Source of the DNA: Escherichia phage DK-13 | Direction: 5' to 3' (one strand) | DNA length: 64,000 nucleotides | Sequence record: MT611523.1 | Shown here: positions 39,801-50,130 of the stretch, one piece after another | Layout: every line of letters starts with the position of its first letter | Numbering within the stretch: the stretch's first letter is position 1 | Program-made: the position numbers and the translations under genes | The notes under the pieces: generated by a model | The model's input: only the letters and a program-made list of their open reading frames with translations | Told to the model about the DNA's origin: nothing | Database searches by the model: none

Positions 39801-40818
39801 GACAATGACTATTGGCGATACGACTAACGTATTGACATTAAACACCGCCTCGGGTAATGCTGCTGTATTGAACAACCTTAGTGCCGGAAATGATGTTCAA
39901 GCCAAAAATAATTACGTTCTAAATGGTCGTACTATCGCAACCACAACGGGTGAAGCTTCTGGCGCAACTCTGGCTCTGGGTGATAACTCGCAGAATTTAG
40001 TGCTTAAAACTCTTGATGCTGGCAATATCATAGCAAATGGTGGCGGCGCATTTAAAGTCCTGACCGAGAAAAACGCTGTTGAGATTGTAGATAGAAACTT
40101 TGTTAACCAAGCCGGTGATACAATGTCTGGTGTGCTCCGTGTGAATGCTCCGGTCCGTGTATTCGGTACGAAACCAAGTCTTATCGCACAAGCTCCGACT
40201 GCAGATACTGTTGGCTTCTGGTCTGTCGATATCAATGATGAACCGACTTATAGCCAGTTCCCTGGTTATTGGACAATGAAGTTAAAACGTCAGGTAAACA
40301 TTGATACAGTTCAAACTAAACCTGCTGGGGTAACTGATGAAGTTTGGAATGCTTCTGGTTGGTTAACTGAAAATGGAACTTTCGCCTCGCCTGTTATTCG
40401 TTATCGTAATGACGATGGTACACTCGGTGATGAAGTATTAGGTAGCTCTGGCCAAAAACTGCGCGGAACCTGGTTTGACTATTCGGTTCGTGATAAGGAA
40501 GTTAAATACCCTGGTACGTTAACTCAGTTTGGTAATACATTGGATTCATGTTATCAGGATTGGGTGTGTTATCCAACTGGATTGAACGGTGGTACTATTC
40601 GTTATACTCGTACATGGCAGAAAAATAAATCTGCATGGACGACTTTTGCAATGGTTTACACCGCGGATAACCCTCCGTCTGCAGAGGATGTTGGTGCATT
40701 ACCGGCCGACAACACAACAATGGGGAACTTAACCATTCTCGATTGGTTGCGTATCGGTAACGTGCGCATCATCCCAGACCCGACCACTAAATCCGTTAAG
40801 TTTGAATGGGTTGAATAA
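36862..40818 (+). CDS. 34: long tail fibre proximal subunit gp34
   Basis: 1318 aa; first of the 34-35-36-37-38 block; internal repeat units ...E(T/S)xRGxAxxATxxExxxGTDDxxxxTPxKL. Confidence 0.9.
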   Translation: MADILKPAFRATSGLDAAGEKVINVAKADYSVLSDGVNVGFFIEENTIQQYDATRGYKKNFAVINDNRIWVAQRDIPAPAGAFTPQYWLATRTDPKWETVASPTRQLSSGEFIAVDSAASFTTFTLPPNPTDGDTIVIKDIGGNTGYNEIKVQSSNVPGQGNQKIVRFGNQYSEVLITKPFSYNMLIFSNRLWQFWEAGNEERGIRVEPSTGRFHAQAGDFIMRRYTTGAPITFILPKYANQGDIVKSVDIDGMGPTFHLMVETFDTSSSLDKAGQHQMEFRTTGDGFFVYDAAEKLWHVWDGDFKTRLRVIRDSVKLLPNESVIVFGEDNSTPATINIDLPTNVLQGDIVKIALNYLRKSQTVNIRAAVGDKIATDIKLLQFPKRSEYPPDTTWVMVDSLTFNGNISYTPVIELSYAEDAVSGTSYWVVAQNVPTVERVDSLNDSTRTRLGVIALANQTQANVDHENNPEKELAITPQTLANRVAKENQRGIARIATTAQVNQNSDFAFVDDVIISPKKLNERTATETRRGLAELATQQETNAGVDDTTIITPKKLQARQGSESLSGIVTYVSTTGATPAASRELNGTNVYNKNTVNLVVSPKALDQYKATYTQQGAVILAVESEVIAGTSQSGWANAVVTPEMLQRKTALDSRIGLIEIATQVETDAGTDYTRAVTPKTLNDRKASETLTGIAEIATQSEFDTGTDDTRISTPLKIKTRFNNTARTSVNALSGLVETGTLWDHYSLNILEANETQRGTARLATQGEVNTGTDDKTIVTPLKLMSKKATENAEGIVRIATNAEATAGTSKVLAISPSALKYIAQTETTWESSETLRGFVRLSSGTATSAATTTTGAGFTYANGVYTPDPSKLVSYSKSGYAVSPYELNRVLQNFLPINAMAVNAEKLDNLDSTQFIRRDIAQTVEGVLTLTKQTNISAPVVSTSTAVFTDVTAGTSTFGTVNVVNGTNKWKITAPSAGTTMTIGDTTNVLTLNTASGNAAVLNNLSAGNDVQAKNNYVLNGRTIATTTGEASGATLALGDNSQNLVLKTLDAGNIIANGGGAFKVLTEKNAVEIVDRNFVNQAGDTMSGVLRVNAPVRVFGTKPSLIAQAPTADTVGFWSVDINDEPTYSQFPGYWTMKLKRQVNIDTVQTKPAGVTDEVWNASGWLTENGTFASPVIRYRNDDGTLGDEVLGSSGQKLRGTWFDYSVRDKEVKYPGTLTQFGNTLDSCYQDWVCYPTGLNGGTIRYTRTWQKNKSAWTTFAMVYTADNPPSAEDVGALPADNTTMGNLTILDWLRIGNVRIIPDPTTKSVKFEWVE

Positions 40819-40826
40819 GAGGTAAT

Positions 40827-41957
40827 ATGGAAAAATTTATGGCAGAGTTTGGACAAGGATACGTCCAAACGCCAGTTATATCAGAAAATAATGCCGTTAA
40901 ATTTAAAATGAGTATAGCAGGGAGCTGTACTCTTTCCACGGTGAAATCGTATATCAAATTTCAGGATGAACAAATCGGACCAACTACTTTTGGCAATGGT
41001 TTGACTCTATTAGAAATTGATACAACTACGAATAAAATTGTTAACACGAAAAACTATTCATTGACCAGCACACATGATGTAATCAGTCAGGCATTAATCA
41101 CCTTTGTGGAATCTGTTCCAGCTGGAAGATTGATTGCTTTTATTTCTTCTGGGAAACTAAATGCCTCGCAAACATTAATTGACTGGCTTCGTAAATGTGG
41201 CTCAAGAGCATTCCCCGAGAAATGGTTGATTGATAAAGTTGATACATCGTACTCGGCTTTTTACATAACCGGCCGGAACGTAATTGTTTCGGAGCATGTT
41301 AAGTATAATGACGGAATGTTAGTTGAGGATGTTTCAACTCCGCTTGAAGTCATTTATGATACCTTTAGTGATATAGGAGCAACAGGCTATCCTGTGCGCA
41401 TAACGGAAGACGAGAGCACGTATTCATCAACAGGTGATGGAACATCAACCGCGATTAGAAGGTTCCCCACAGAGGACCTGGTGACTCCTATGAGCACCTA
41501 TAACCTTTTACCTTTGGATGTGCTTTACTTGAAGTTTCAGATGTCATTTGACGCTGCACTGAAAGCCGCCGGGACTGTAAGGACTTCGGTTCGATTCTTT
41601 AAAAGCCCCAGCACTTCTCCAATATCAAATACAAACATCGATATTGCAGCGAACGTTCCAGCTGGTGCATGGGCAAGTTTCGAAAGATATGTCGAGATTC
41701 CAGCGGAAGCCGATGGCTTTACGGTAGTAACATCAAGGACTGTAGCTGTGGGAACTGGGTCAATACGTAATATTGTTATTGGTGAGATAACCAGAGGTGA
41801 CTCGGCATTCAAACCAGCTGAATTTGGTGTCAACGGCATAAGGATGTCATATGCAAACGATACAACAAATACAGGCAATACAATTGTAACATTACCAGAT
41901 GCGCAAGCTCCGAGAGCCGGCAAGATATATGCGGCCGAACTACGAGAAAAACAATAG
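40827..41957 (+). CDS. 35: long tail fibre hinge (knee) protein gp35
   Basis: 376 aa, synteny. Confidence 0.8.
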   Translation: MEKFMAEFGQGYVQTPVISENNAVKFKMSIAGSCTLSTVKSYIKFQDEQIGPTTFGNGLTLLEIDTTTNKIVNTKNYSLTSTHDVISQALITFVESVPAGRLIAFISSGKLNASQTLIDWLRKCGSRAFPEKWLIDKVDTSYSAFYITGRNVIVSEHVKYNDGMLVEDVSTPLEVIYDTFSDIGATGYPVRITEDESTYSSTGDGTSTAIRRFPTEDLVTPMSTYNLLPLDVLYLKFQMSFDAALKAAGTVRTSVRFFKSPSTSPISNTNIDIAANVPAGAWASFERYVEIPAEADGFTVVTSRTVAVGTGSIRNIVIGEITRGDSAFKPAEFGVNGIRMSYANDTTNTGNTIVTLPDAQAPRAGKIYAAELREKQ

Positions 41958-41978
41958 GACTCTTCGGAGTCCTTTTTT
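41957..41978 (+). terminator. rho-independent terminator after gene 35
   Basis: GGACTCTTCGGAGTCC then TTTTTT, followed by late promoter. Confidence 0.6.
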
Positions 41979-41981
41979 CGT

Positions 41982-41989
41982 TATAAATA
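41982..41989 (+). promoter_or_regulatory. late promoter (TATAAATA) for genes 36-38
   Basis: TATAAATA about 35 nt upstream of gene 36 ATG. Confidence 0.6.
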
Positions 41990-42024
41990 CAAAATATCAT
42001 ATGCCGGTTGAAGAGGACTTATAA

Positions 42025-42672
42025 ATGGCAGATTTAAAACTAGGCTCAACAGCCGGAGGTTCGGTCCTCTGGCACCAAGGTAATTTCCCATTAACACCAG
42101 TCAGTAATGACTTATATTTCAAAACTTATAAAATTTATTCCGAATATAACAAGCCACAAGCAGTCGATAACGATTTCGTTTCTAAAGCTCTTGGCGGTAA
42201 TTATAAAGCAAATGTATATTTCGAACAAGGCTTGACATTTAACGATTCAAATGGTTATGGAATTAAGTTGGGAGCGAGAACGGGCGGTGCACCATTTACA
42301 GCATCTTTCCGTATTAAAGGACCGTTTGGATTTGAGACTGAAACGGGAACACCATTCGTTATTTTTGACCCTGACACTACAACAGGAGCAAAACGTCTTA
42401 CTGTTATGGGTGATACGTTAGCTCGACAAATTTATGATGAAACAGGTCGTGTATTTTCTCCAGGAAATACTCCGTCAAAAGCTCAAGTTGGTCTTGGTAA
42501 TGTAACTAACCAGCGACAGGTGGAACTAAATAATAGTACATTGCAAACAATGACAGGTAACTTGTCAGCACCTAATTTCTTCTCTAGGAACCCAGCATCA
42601 GACCCGGCCCACGTGCCCCGTTTTGACCAAATCGTTCTTAAAGACTCCGTACAAGATTTTGGATATTATTAA
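42025..42672 (+). CDS. 36: long tail fibre distal connector gp36
   Basis: 215 aa, synteny. Confidence 0.8.
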   Translation: MADLKLGSTAGGSVLWHQGNFPLTPVSNDLYFKTYKIYSEYNKPQAVDNDFVSKALGGNYKANVYFEQGLTFNDSNGYGIKLGARTGGAPFTASFRIKGPFGFETETGTPFVIFDPDTTTGAKRLTVMGDTLARQIYDETGRVFSPGNTPSKAQVGLGNVTNQRQVELNNSTLQTMTGNLSAPNFFSRNPASDPAHVPRFDQIVLKDSVQDFGYY

Positions 42673-42680
42673 GAGGCATT

Positions 42681-45600
42681 ATGGCTACTTTAAAACAAAT
42701 ACAATTTAAAAGAAGTAAGGTTGCCGGCGTTCGTCCGGCGCCAACAGTTCTTGCTGAAGGTGAACTGGCTATCAACCTGAAAGACCGCTTACTTTTTACT
42801 AAAGATGACACCGGCGCCATCATCGACCTTGGCTTTGCTAAAGGTGGTAATATTGACGGTAACGTTATTCATAAAGGAAATTACAATCAAACCGGCGCCT
42901 ATACTATAGCCGGAGATATTTCACAAACGTCTGGACATTTTACTACTACTGGTAATATAACAGCAAATGGTGATATTACTGCAAAAGCCCGTTTAATGAC
43001 AGATAACGGTGAAGTTCTTGTACGAGGTACAGGAACCACTCATGTTCGATTCCAGGATTTGGCTGATGCTCGCGAAAGAGGTATAATTTATTCTCAAAAC
43101 CGTACTGGGGATACCAAGCAAATCTTGAACGTTCGTGTCCAGGATTACACTAATTCAACATCTAATATTTTTGCATTCAACGGCGACGGTTTATTTTATG
43201 CTCCATCTATTTCCGGTGGAACATCGGTAAAATCTCCGGTAATTTATACTAATACCGTTGATACCGGTAATAAATCAGCTCTTGATTATGATATATCTTC
43301 ATTAGCAAATAATAATCCTGCAAGTTCAAGCGCAACAGCTATTAACTATCTTAGAATAAGTAGACACGCTGTCGATGGAATTAGGTATCGTGAACTTAAT
43401 AATGTAAATGGTATTTCATGGCATTCTATTTCTACAGCCGGAACAGCTAAGTATCTTTGGTCATTTAATGCAGATGGAGATGTCAAAACATCAAATTCTC
43501 TTTCCGTTGGCCTACCTGGGGATAGCTCAGGATACTCAACATTAGGTCCGTCTGCTATCGCACTTGGCGACAATAACACAGGTTTGAAATGGAGACAAGA
43601 CGGCCAGTTCCATATAGTTAATAATGGAGCTTATACTTTACTTACAACTCCGACTGAAGTTACAAGCCTTAAACAGTTAGTTGCGGGTTATTCAACCAAC
43701 GGTTCTGATTTAATTCTCCCTACAACCCAAAACTATCCATTAGTTATTGTTAATACTACTAATGATAAAAACGGCTTCGGTGACGGTCAAACTCTTTTAG
43801 GATATCACCAAAGCGGCAAATATCACCATTATTTTCGTGGCAAAGGTGTAACAAACGTTAACACCGATGGTGGGTTGTTGGTTACTCCTGGTAACGTTGA
43901 AGTCCGTGGTGGTTCGGTTAATATTGATGGTCTCAGTAATGCTTCGACAGTGCTTTTTAAAGGAAATACTACAGGTTCTAGTTCAGTTGATAATATAGAG
44001 CTCAAAGTTTGGGGTGACACTTTTAATACGGTAGATGGTTCTCGTAAAAACGTAATGGAAACATCTGATGCTACCGGCTGGATGCATTATATTCAACGAA
44101 CTACAGCAGGTAAAGTCGAATCCTATTTAAATGGTACCATGAATGTAATTGAAGGATTGACTGTCAATCAAGATACATCCTTAAAACGCAATCTGTATGT
44201 TTCTAATGAAATTAAAGTTCGCGCTGCTAGTGGTCTTCGTATTTGGAACGATAAGTACGGTGTTATTTTTCGAAATTCGGAAGACCAGCTGCATATTATC
44301 CCGACCAATGTTAATGCCGGCGAAAGTGGCGGATTAGGCCCATTACGCCCATTAAGTATTACGTTAGACACTGGTCAAGTTAAAATCCCTAATTTAGCGG
44401 CTGACCAAGTTTCTTTTATTGCTAACAGCGTATTAGAATTCCCTGCTGGTAATGGTGCATCTTATGCCAACCAGAATACGACTAAAGCTCCGTTGTATCA
44501 AACACTTGGTGCAGCAACCCAAGCATTCTATCCAATTACCAAGCAGAAAAATACAGTTTCTAATGTAACTATTACTCAAGGTATGGACCGCGCTACGAGC
44601 GAATACCGAATTGTTGCTCAAGGTGATTTGCTTGGTAATGGTGATGTTACAGGATTAAAATACTGGCGCTTTACCAAAGAAGGTAACTTCATAGCTCAGA
44701 ACCGCTTATATGCCGGTACAGCTTATATGAATACCGATGGTAATATTGCAGGTTCTATTTGGAAAAAGTATAGCGGTGCTACTAACCTTGATTCTGCGGT
44801 GAATACTCGTGTAGGTAAAGGCGGCGATACAATGACAGGCCGTTTAACTCTTAATGCAAACTCGGATGCTATTGTTATTAACAGTGCTGCAACCGAATCT
44901 GGTTATATGAAAGGACAAAAAGCTGGTATTGATAACTGGTATGTAGGTAACGGCGGTGCCGATAATGCTGTATCAATTTATAGTTTTCAAACTAATTCAG
45001 GTGTTAATATTAATGCAGGTGGTGATATTGCTTTAAACCCACAAGGTTCAGCCACTTTTAATTTTAATAGGGACAGACTTTTTATTAATGGCTCTGTCTG
45101 GGCGGCTCACCAAGCTGGCGATTGGGGAACCCAATGGAAGCAAGAAGCTCCGGTATTTGTAGATTTTGGTAATGTTGGTAATGATAGTTATTATCCGATT
45201 ATCAAAGGAAAATCTGGTATTACTAATGAAGGATATGTATCGGGTGTTGATTTCGGTATGCGTCGTATTACTAATACATGGGCCCAAGGTATTATTCGTG
45301 TAGGTAACCAGGAAAACGGTTCCGACCCACAAGCTATATATGAATTCCACCACAATGGAGTTATGTATGTTCCTAACATGGTTAAAACTGGAGCAAGATT
45401 ATCAGCTGGTGGTGGTGACCCTGTATGGACCGGCCCGTGTCTTGTTATTGGTGATAATGATACAGGATTAGTTCATGGTGGTGACGGCCGAATCAATATG
45501 GTTGCCAATGGTATGCATATTGCATCTTGGTCTAGCGCTTATCATATCCATGAAGGTCTTTGGGATACCAATGGTGCTTTGTGGACTGAGCAAGGAAGAG

Positions 45601-46010
45601 CTATTATGTCTTATGGTCATCTTGTTCAGGCAAACGACAGCTATTCTACATATGTTCGAGATGTTTATGTCCGTTCTGATATTCGTGTTAAAAAAGACCT
45701 TGTTAAATTTGAAAATGCTTCTCAGAAGCTTTCTAAAATCAACGGTTACACTTATATGCAGAAACGTGGCCTGGATGAAGAAGGTAATCAGAAATGGGAA
45801 CCTAACGCTGGTTTAATTGCTCAAGAAGTTCAATCTATTTTACCTGAATTGGTTGAAGGCGACCCTGATGGTGAAGCTTTACTTCGTTTAAACTATAACG
45901 GTGTAATTGGTTTAAATACAGCTGCAATCAATGAGCATACTGCAGAAATTGCAGAACTTAAGTCAGAGATTGAAGAACTTAAAGCATTAATTAAATCATT
46001 GTTAAAATAA
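42681..46010 (+). CDS. 37: long tail fibre distal subunit gp37 with C-terminal intramolecular chaperone (S74-like) domain
   Basis: 1109 aa; C-terminal about 110 aa begins at the S-D-x-R-x-K-type motif [10 protein letters not shown] and ends in a coiled coil. Confidence 0.9.
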   Translation: MATLKQIQFKRSKVAGVRPAPTVLAEGELAINLKDRLLFTKDDTGAIIDLGFAKGGNIDGNVIHKGNYNQTGAYTIAGDISQTSGHFTTTGNITANGDITAKARLMTDNGEVLVRGTGTTHVRFQDLADARERGIIYSQNRTGDTKQILNVRVQDYTNSTSNIFAFNGDGLFYAPSISGGTSVKSPVIYTNTVDTGNKSALDYDISSLANNNPASSSATAINYLRISRHAVDGIRYRELNNVNGISWHSISTAGTAKYLWSFNADGDVKTSNSLSVGLPGDSSGYSTLGPSAIALGDNNTGLKWRQDGQFHIVNNGAYTLLTTPTEVTSLKQLVAGYSTNGSDLILPTTQNYPLVIVNTTNDKNGFGDGQTLLGYHQSGKYHHYFRGKGVTNVNTDGGLLVTPGNVEVRGGSVNIDGLSNASTVLFKGNTTGSSSVDNIELKVWGDTFNTVDGSRKNVMETSDATGWMHYIQRTTAGKVESYLNGTMNVIEGLTVNQDTSLKRNLYVSNEIKVRAASGLRIWNDKYGVIFRNSEDQLHIIPTNVNAGESGGLGPLRPLSITLDTGQVKIPNLAADQVSFIANSVLEFPAGNGASYANQNTTKAPLYQTLGAATQAFYPITKQKNTVSNVTITQGMDRATSEYRIVAQGDLLGNGDVTGLKYWRFTKEGNFIAQNRLYAGTAYMNTDGNIAGSIWKKYSGATNLDSAVNTRVGKGGDTMTGRLTLNANSDAIVINSAATESGYMKGQKAGIDNWYVGNGGADNAVSIYSFQTNSGVNINAGGDIALNPQGSATFNFNRDRLFINGSVWAAHQAGDWGTQWKQEAPVFVDFGNVGNDSYYPIIKGKSGITNEGYVSGVDFGMRRITNTWAQGIIRVGNQENGSDPQAIYEFHHNGVMYVPNMVKTGARLSAGGGDPVWTGPCLVIGDNDTGLVHGGDGRINMVANGMHIASWSSAYHIHEGLWDTNGALWTEQGRAIMSYGHLVQANDSYSTYVRDVYVRSDIRVKKDLVKFENASQKLSKINGYTYMQKRGLDEEGNQKWEPNAGLIAQEVQSILPELVEGDPDGEALLRLNYNGVIGLNTAAINEHTAEIAELKSEIEELKALIKSLLK

Positions 46011-46016
46011 TAAGAG

Positions 46017-46030
46017 GGGCTTCGGCCCCT
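46017..46030 (+). promoter_or_regulatory. UUCG-loop hairpin immediately 5' of the gene 38 Shine-Dalgarno
   Basis: GGGGCTTCGGCCCC followed by TTGGAGGTTTATATG. Confidence 0.45.
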
Positions 46031-46839
46031 TGGAGGTTTATATGGCAGTAGTAGGACCATGGGTTGGAGGGTCTGCAGTAGCTAATACAGGACAAAACTG
46101 GATGGGTGGCGCGGCCCAACGATTAAGAATGGGTGCTCCGTTTTGGATGAGCAATATGATAGGTCGGTCTGTTGAAGTAATTCATACTTTAGGTGGAGAC
46201 CATAACTTTAATGGGCAATGGTTTAGAGACCGTTGTTTTGAAGCCGGCGCTGCGCCTATTGTGTTTAATCTTACAGATACATTAGTATCTTATACCCCTG
46301 ATGTTCCATTGTTCTTTATGTATGCGGATACTCCAAACGAATACGTTGTTTTGAATATTCATGGTGGGGTTCATATGTGGGGACGTGGTGGTCACGGCGG
46401 TTGGACCCACTCAGGTGGAGACGGTAACGGCCAACGGGGTGGTGATTGTATAGTCAACCATATAGGTCATAGACTACGTATTTGGAACTATGGGGTTATC
46501 TGCGGCGGTGGCGGAGGCGGAGGCGGTATTGCTTATCGACCTCACTCAGGTGCTAACTGGCAAGATATCGGCGGTGGCGGCGGACGTCCATTTGGTCCAG
46601 GTGGTGGTGGCGGGTATTCCGGCGGCGGCGCTTCTTATGAAAGCCCTGGCGGTGGATACGATTATGGTAACGCCCACTCAGGTCGTGGCGGGGATGCCGG
46701 CGGTGCAGGCCAGAACGCATGGTCTGATGGTGGTAAAGTTCTAAAAGTCGGAGCCGGTGGCGGTTCTGGAGCTGCTGTTGCCGGTTATGCTCCTGCATGG
46801 GGCGCGACAGGTACGATTTACGGTCCTTGGCTTAGTTAA
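46030..46839 (+). CDS. 38: T2-type tail fibre adhesin gp38 with glycine-rich motifs
   Basis: 269 aa; poly-Gly tracts [48 protein letters not shown]. Confidence 0.85.
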   Translation: MEVYMAVVGPWVGGSAVANTGQNWMGGAAQRLRMGAPFWMSNMIGRSVEVIHTLGGDHNFNGQWFRDRCFEAGAAPIVFNLTDTLVSYTPDVPLFFMYADTPNEYVVLNIHGGVHMWGRGGHGGWTHSGGDGNGQRGGDCIVNHIGHRLRIWNYGVICGGGGGGGGIAYRPHSGANWQDIGGGGGRPFGPGGGGGYSGGGASYESPGGGYDYGNAHSGRGGDAGGAGQNAWSDGGKVLKVGAGGGSGAAVAGYAPAWGATGTIYGPWLS

Positions 46840-46844
46840 GAACT

Positions 46845-46852
46845 TATAAATA
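46845..46852 (+). promoter_or_regulatory. late promoter (TATAAATA) for holin gene t
   Basis: TATAAATA about 22 nt upstream of t ATG. Confidence 0.6.
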
Positions 46853-46874
46853 TCTTTAAAGTTAAGGAGAAAGT

Positions 46875-47528
46875 ATGGAACCAAAAGTAGGAATATCAAT
46901 ACCCGACCTACTTTTTGGACTTCTTGATAGAATTTTTAAAGATAATGCGACCGGGAAAGTTGTTTTTTCCCGGGTACTAGTTATTGTTCTATTATTTTTA
47001 ATGGCGGTAATCTGGTATAAAGGTGATGCAATTTTAGATGCGTACAGGGATGCTTCATATGCCTCGTACACAGAAATGATAAGGCAAGACCAGGATAACA
47101 GATTTAAAATTGCAGCTATCGAGCAAATCCAGATAGTCCACTCGTCAAGTGGAGCAGACTTTACAGCAATATATTCTTTTAGACCAACTAACCTTAACTA
47201 CTTTGTGGATATGGTGGGATATGAGGGGATATTGCCTGATACTGTCGACGAAAAAAATTTGGGTGGGTTTCCAATAGATAAAACTTCAGCAGAATATTTG
47301 GCGGGGGTTAATGGTAATTATTTTGAATCCAGTACGGAATCTGTATTCTTACCAACAAAGAAAAAAAGCAGCTTCTCATATATGTTCAGCTGCCCATTCT
47401 TTAATTTGGAAAACGTTTATGCAGGTACAGTCTCGCTGTACTGGTATAAGCAAAAACCTATCCTTGGTTTTGATAGGCTTTCTGCTATGTGTGGACAAGC
47501 AGGTCGTACGCTTGGGCGTACACGTTAG
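46875..47528 (+). CDS. t: holin T
   Basis: 217 aa; N-terminal FG.LDR.FKDNATGKV..SRV.V..LLF.MA..WY plus single TM; conserved C-terminal periplasmic domain resembling T4 T. Confidence 0.9.
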   Translation: MEPKVGISIPDLLFGLLDRIFKDNATGKVVFSRVLVIVLLFLMAVIWYKGDAILDAYRDASYASYTEMIRQDQDNRFKIAAIEQIQIVHSSSGADFTAIYSFRPTNLNYFVDMVGYEGILPDTVDEKNLGGFPIDKTSAEYLAGVNGNYFESSTESVFLPTKKKSSFSYMFSCPFFNLENVYAGTVSLYWYKQKPILGFDRLSAMCGQAGRTLGRTR

Positions 47529-47800
47529 AATCCGGAGGTATACATCATAAGATAACGGTGTATATCTTCGAATCCTTCGTTAAATTGTTCAATGATTTGT
47601 TCAATTTCATCTTCAGATAAACTTTTAAACAACTTGTTAAACGATACATTGTTTAACTCATTCCCATTCTCATTCCGTAATCCTAACTCATTCAAAAACG
47701 CGATAAACACATCACGCTTCATCGTAATATCTTCCCGGTCGGTTTTAATCAAAATTGAAGTTACAGTAACAATTTCAGAAACGATTTCAAATTTAGTCAT
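47525..47800 (-). CDS. asiA: anti-sigma70 factor AsiA
   Basis: 91 aa; EIVTVTSILIK..REDI...R..FIAFLNE.G......L....F.K....L...........F.EGFE...RYL.MYT matches remembered T4 AsiA. Confidence 0.85.
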   Translation of the reverse strand: MTKFEIVSEIVTVTSILIKTDREDITMKRDVFIAFLNELGLRNENGNELNNVSFNKLFKSLSEDEIEQIIEQFNEGFEDIHRYLMMYTSGF

Positions 47801-47858
47801 TTTAATTTACTCAAGTATTCAATAAGACATTCAATTATTCAGTAAGGATATTGTACTA

Positions 47859-48023
47859 TTATTCCTCTGGGTTGTACACATGATTTTTCATCTGTACAAC
47901 ATATTCCTGATACATCTGTTCAACTGGTTCCTGGAACTTAAAATCAGCTCCAAGGAATTCCTCAAAGCAAGACTGTTCGTGTGTACGCTGGCCAGTAATG
48001 GTGTTCTCTAAGTTATGACTCAT
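47859..48023 (-). CDS. small hypothetical protein (54 aa), not in ORF track
   Basis: ATG after AAGGGGAATCGTT SD; MSHNLENTITGQRTHEQSCFEEF... Confidence 0.3.
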   Translation of the reverse strand: MSHNLENTITGQRTHEQSCFEEFLGADFKFQEPVEQMYQEYVVQMKNHVYNPEE

Positions 48024-48132
48024 AACGATTCCCCTTGTGCTTCTGCTTACGTTTGGACTGCATTTCAGTTTTCTTCTTATCCTTATGGACAGACGCCTTA
48101 TTGAAATCGTGCTTAGCTACCAGATTGTTCAT
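48013..48132 (-). CDS. small basic hypothetical peptide (39 aa), not in ORF track
   Basis: ATG after AAGGAAATTGC SD; lysine-rich; overlaps 3' end of 48113..48391 and 5' end of the next ORF. Confidence 0.25.
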   Translation of the reverse strand: MNNLVAKHDFNKASVHKDKKKTEMQSKRKQKHKGNRYES

Positions 48133-48391
48133 GCAATTTCCTTAATTGATATTCAAGAGAACTGATAATTTCTTTATTAGTTGCAATATACATATCACGT
48201 AGGAAGGGTTTCAGACCTTCTCTAACTCTATACGTGTTATCACTAATATCCTTTATATATTCATGGTCTAAAGCATCCCAAGCCGGCTGGTTAACATAAG
48301 TTCCCCAGTTGTCTTCCATCATAGTGTTCAGACGTTTGATATGATTGATATGAGTTTCGATTGCATCAATCTGGAGTTGTTTAAGGTTCAT
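48113..48391 (-). CDS. hypothetical 92-aa protein, candidate Arn (anti-restriction) by position and size
   Basis: 92 aa equals T4 Arn length; between asiA and motA; sequence not independently recognised. Confidence 0.4.
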   Translation of the reverse strand: MNLKQLQIDAIETHINHIKRLNTMMEDNWGTYVNQPAWDALDHEYIKDISDNTYRVREGLKPFLRDMYIATNKEIISSLEYQLRKLHEQSGS

Positions 48392-48888
48392 TAATAAAGG
48401 TCCTCTGAATAAAGTTCTTTTTCACTACCGCCACGACGTTCAATACGCACTTGATTTGCATAAGTCGCAATAATCATTGCTTCTTCGCGGGTCCAGTAAT
48501 TGCTGTACTGGTCAATGAATCCTTGATTATCACCACAAACATGGTCTGACACAAGTTTATCACTTACTTGGTCAAGCACTTCTGCCATATCCTTGGAATA
48601 ATGTCTGGCACCAGGAATAACCAGAGTCCCACCATCTTTTAACTTAAATCGGTTGGCTGCACATACAATCCGTCGCTGATATTTTTCATTATTGTTCCAA
48701 TGAGCAATCTGCCAACAGATTTCAGGAACTTCTTCTAAAACATCCTCTTCCGTATATTCGGTGTATCCATAAGCCTGTAATTTAGCTGCTAGACTTTCTA
48801 GAGTTTCACGAGAAAGAGCTTTATCTAATAAAGCCATACGGTCTTTAAAGGATAATTCTTTACCTTTTAATGGATTCATTTGAACCAA
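48391..48888 (-). CDS. hypothetical protein
   Basis: 165-aa ORF; motif RIVCAANRF...[11 protein letters not shown]. Confidence 0.5.
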   Translation of the reverse strand: MVQMNPLKGKELSFKDRMALLDKALSRETLESLAAKLQAYGYTEYTEEDVLEEVPEICWQIAHWNNNEKYQRRIVCAANRFKLKDGGTLVIPGARHYSKDMAEVLDQVSDKLVSDHVCGDNQGFIDQYSNYWTREEAMIIATYANQVRIERRGGSEKELYSEDLY

Positions 48889-49208
48889 CCTTTAACACGT
48901 TGCCACAGACTTTTCTGTTGAGCTTTATTAACACCAATTGAGCGAATAACTGGTTGTGATTCCTGGTATTCTTTGTAGTCAGCTTTATATACTTCATATG
49001 CTGCTGGAACAAAGGCACCAATCGCTGCCATGAAGTTCTTGCGTGCACCAAACGGAGCTACTGCATCATCCTGACGATGGATAAGATACTGACCAGCTTT
49101 GACCTTGACAATAGTTCCAAGGTAAGCGCCATGATACCAAACATCCCAACCCTCTTGAGTAGGTTCTACACAAGCGCGCAATTCATTAACAATATTCAGC
49201 TTATTCAT
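48876..49208 (-). CDS. hypothetical protein
   Basis: 110-aa ORF. Confidence 0.5.
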   Translation of the reverse strand: MNKLNIVNELRACVEPTQEGWDVWYHGAYLGTIVKVKAGQYLIHRQDDAVAPFGARKNFMAAIGAFVPAAYEVYKADYKEYQESQPVIRSIGVNKAQQKSLWQRVKGWFK

Positions 49209-49215
49209 AATTTCC

Positions 49216-49824
49216 TCACTTTAAGATGTTAATAACATGTTGAATGTTTTCAGTTGACATAACATTGTCAATGTAGGTATTCAATCCACCCACTTTAACG
49301 CTAAATCCCACATCTGTAAACTGTTTTACTATCTTTTGTTCAGTATTATACGCATGTACGCGAATCTGACCATCACGCCGCACATCAATCTGTTTTAATG
49401 TCTTGATACGCTTGAACTTCACAATCAGATTGCTGCGGTCTTCTGAAATGCTCTTAAAGTCAATACCAATAGACAATAATTGCTCTTTGATATATTCTGC
49501 AGTCGCTTCCATTTCATCAGTAACACCGCGTTTTGTTCTTGTCTTCTTCACTTCCAGAAGGTCGGGATTATTTTCATTCGCCCAAAGTTCAGCTGCATCC
49601 AGAATAAGGTCAACACCCTTTTCTGTAATCATCAAACCATCACCAGAAGCTTCAACATAGTTGTTATTCAACAATGTCTGCACGCTATCAATTGACGTGT
49701 TCTGCTGGCCTAAAACAACCTCAGGACGCACGAAGTTGTTTTTGTATACAAACACCAGAGCATTAACATCAGTCTCATGTAGAGCGTTCTGGGAGCATTT
49801 AACGATATAATTTAACTTGTTCAC
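49216..49824 (-). CDS. motA: middle-transcription activator MotA
   Basis: 202 aa; GDGL.IT..G.D.I and KQFTDVGFS resemble remembered T4 MotA; position next to 52. Confidence 0.75.
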   Translation of the reverse strand: MNKLNYIVKCSQNALHETDVNALVFVYKNNFVRPEVVLGQQNTSIDSVQTLLNNNYVEASGDGLMITEKGVDLILDAAELWANENNPDLLEVKKTRTKRGVTDEMEATAEYIKEQLLSIGIDFKSISEDRSNLIVKFKRIKTLKQIDVRRDGQIRVHAYNTEQKIVKQFTDVGFSVKVGGLNTYIDNVMSTENIQHVINILK

Positions 49825-49826
49825 AA

Positions 49827-50042
49827 TTATCCCTTAATAGATTTCATATAATTTGATGCATATGATTGTACCACAGTACGTTTCATATGGGAAGTAGAAA
49901 CAATCACATCAATCGCTTGTTTACGTTCTTCTTTAGAGTTTGCCAGTTTGAACATGTCAAAGTAGTAATAACAAGCTTCTTTATTAGATTTGAATTTAGC
50001 GTTAATGTATTCTTGACCTTCATTCTGTTGTGCAGTAAACAT
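49827..50042 (-). CDS. hypothetical protein
   Basis: Start moved to ATG after GGAGAATAAA (MFTAQQNEGQ...); about 71 aa. Confidence 0.45.
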   Translation of the reverse strand: MFTAQQNEGQEYINAKFKSNKEACYYYFDMFKLANSKEERKQAIDVIVSTSHMKRTVVQSYASNYMKSIKG

Positions 50043-50091
50043 TTTATTCTCCAAAGTTTTTGTGATTCATTGTGTAACTCAGTATGGAATC

Positions 50092-50120
50092 ATTATGCAG
50101 CGGGTCAAGGGGATTGTACA
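50092..50120 (-). promoter_or_regulatory. early promoter (TGTACA, 17 nt, CATAAT) fused to terminator
   Basis: - strand AAAAAAAGTAGTGTACAATCCCCTTGACCCGCTGCATAATGATTCCATACTGAGTTAC. Confidence 0.5.
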
Positions 50121-50130
50121 CTACTTTTTT

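Noticed and set aside
46380-46740. Repetitive GGC/GGT tracts in gene 38 as a possible tandem-repeat or CRISPR-like array
   Set aside because: They are in-frame glycine codons of the adhesin's poly-Gly motifs; no regularly spaced direct repeats with unique spacers anywhere in the window.
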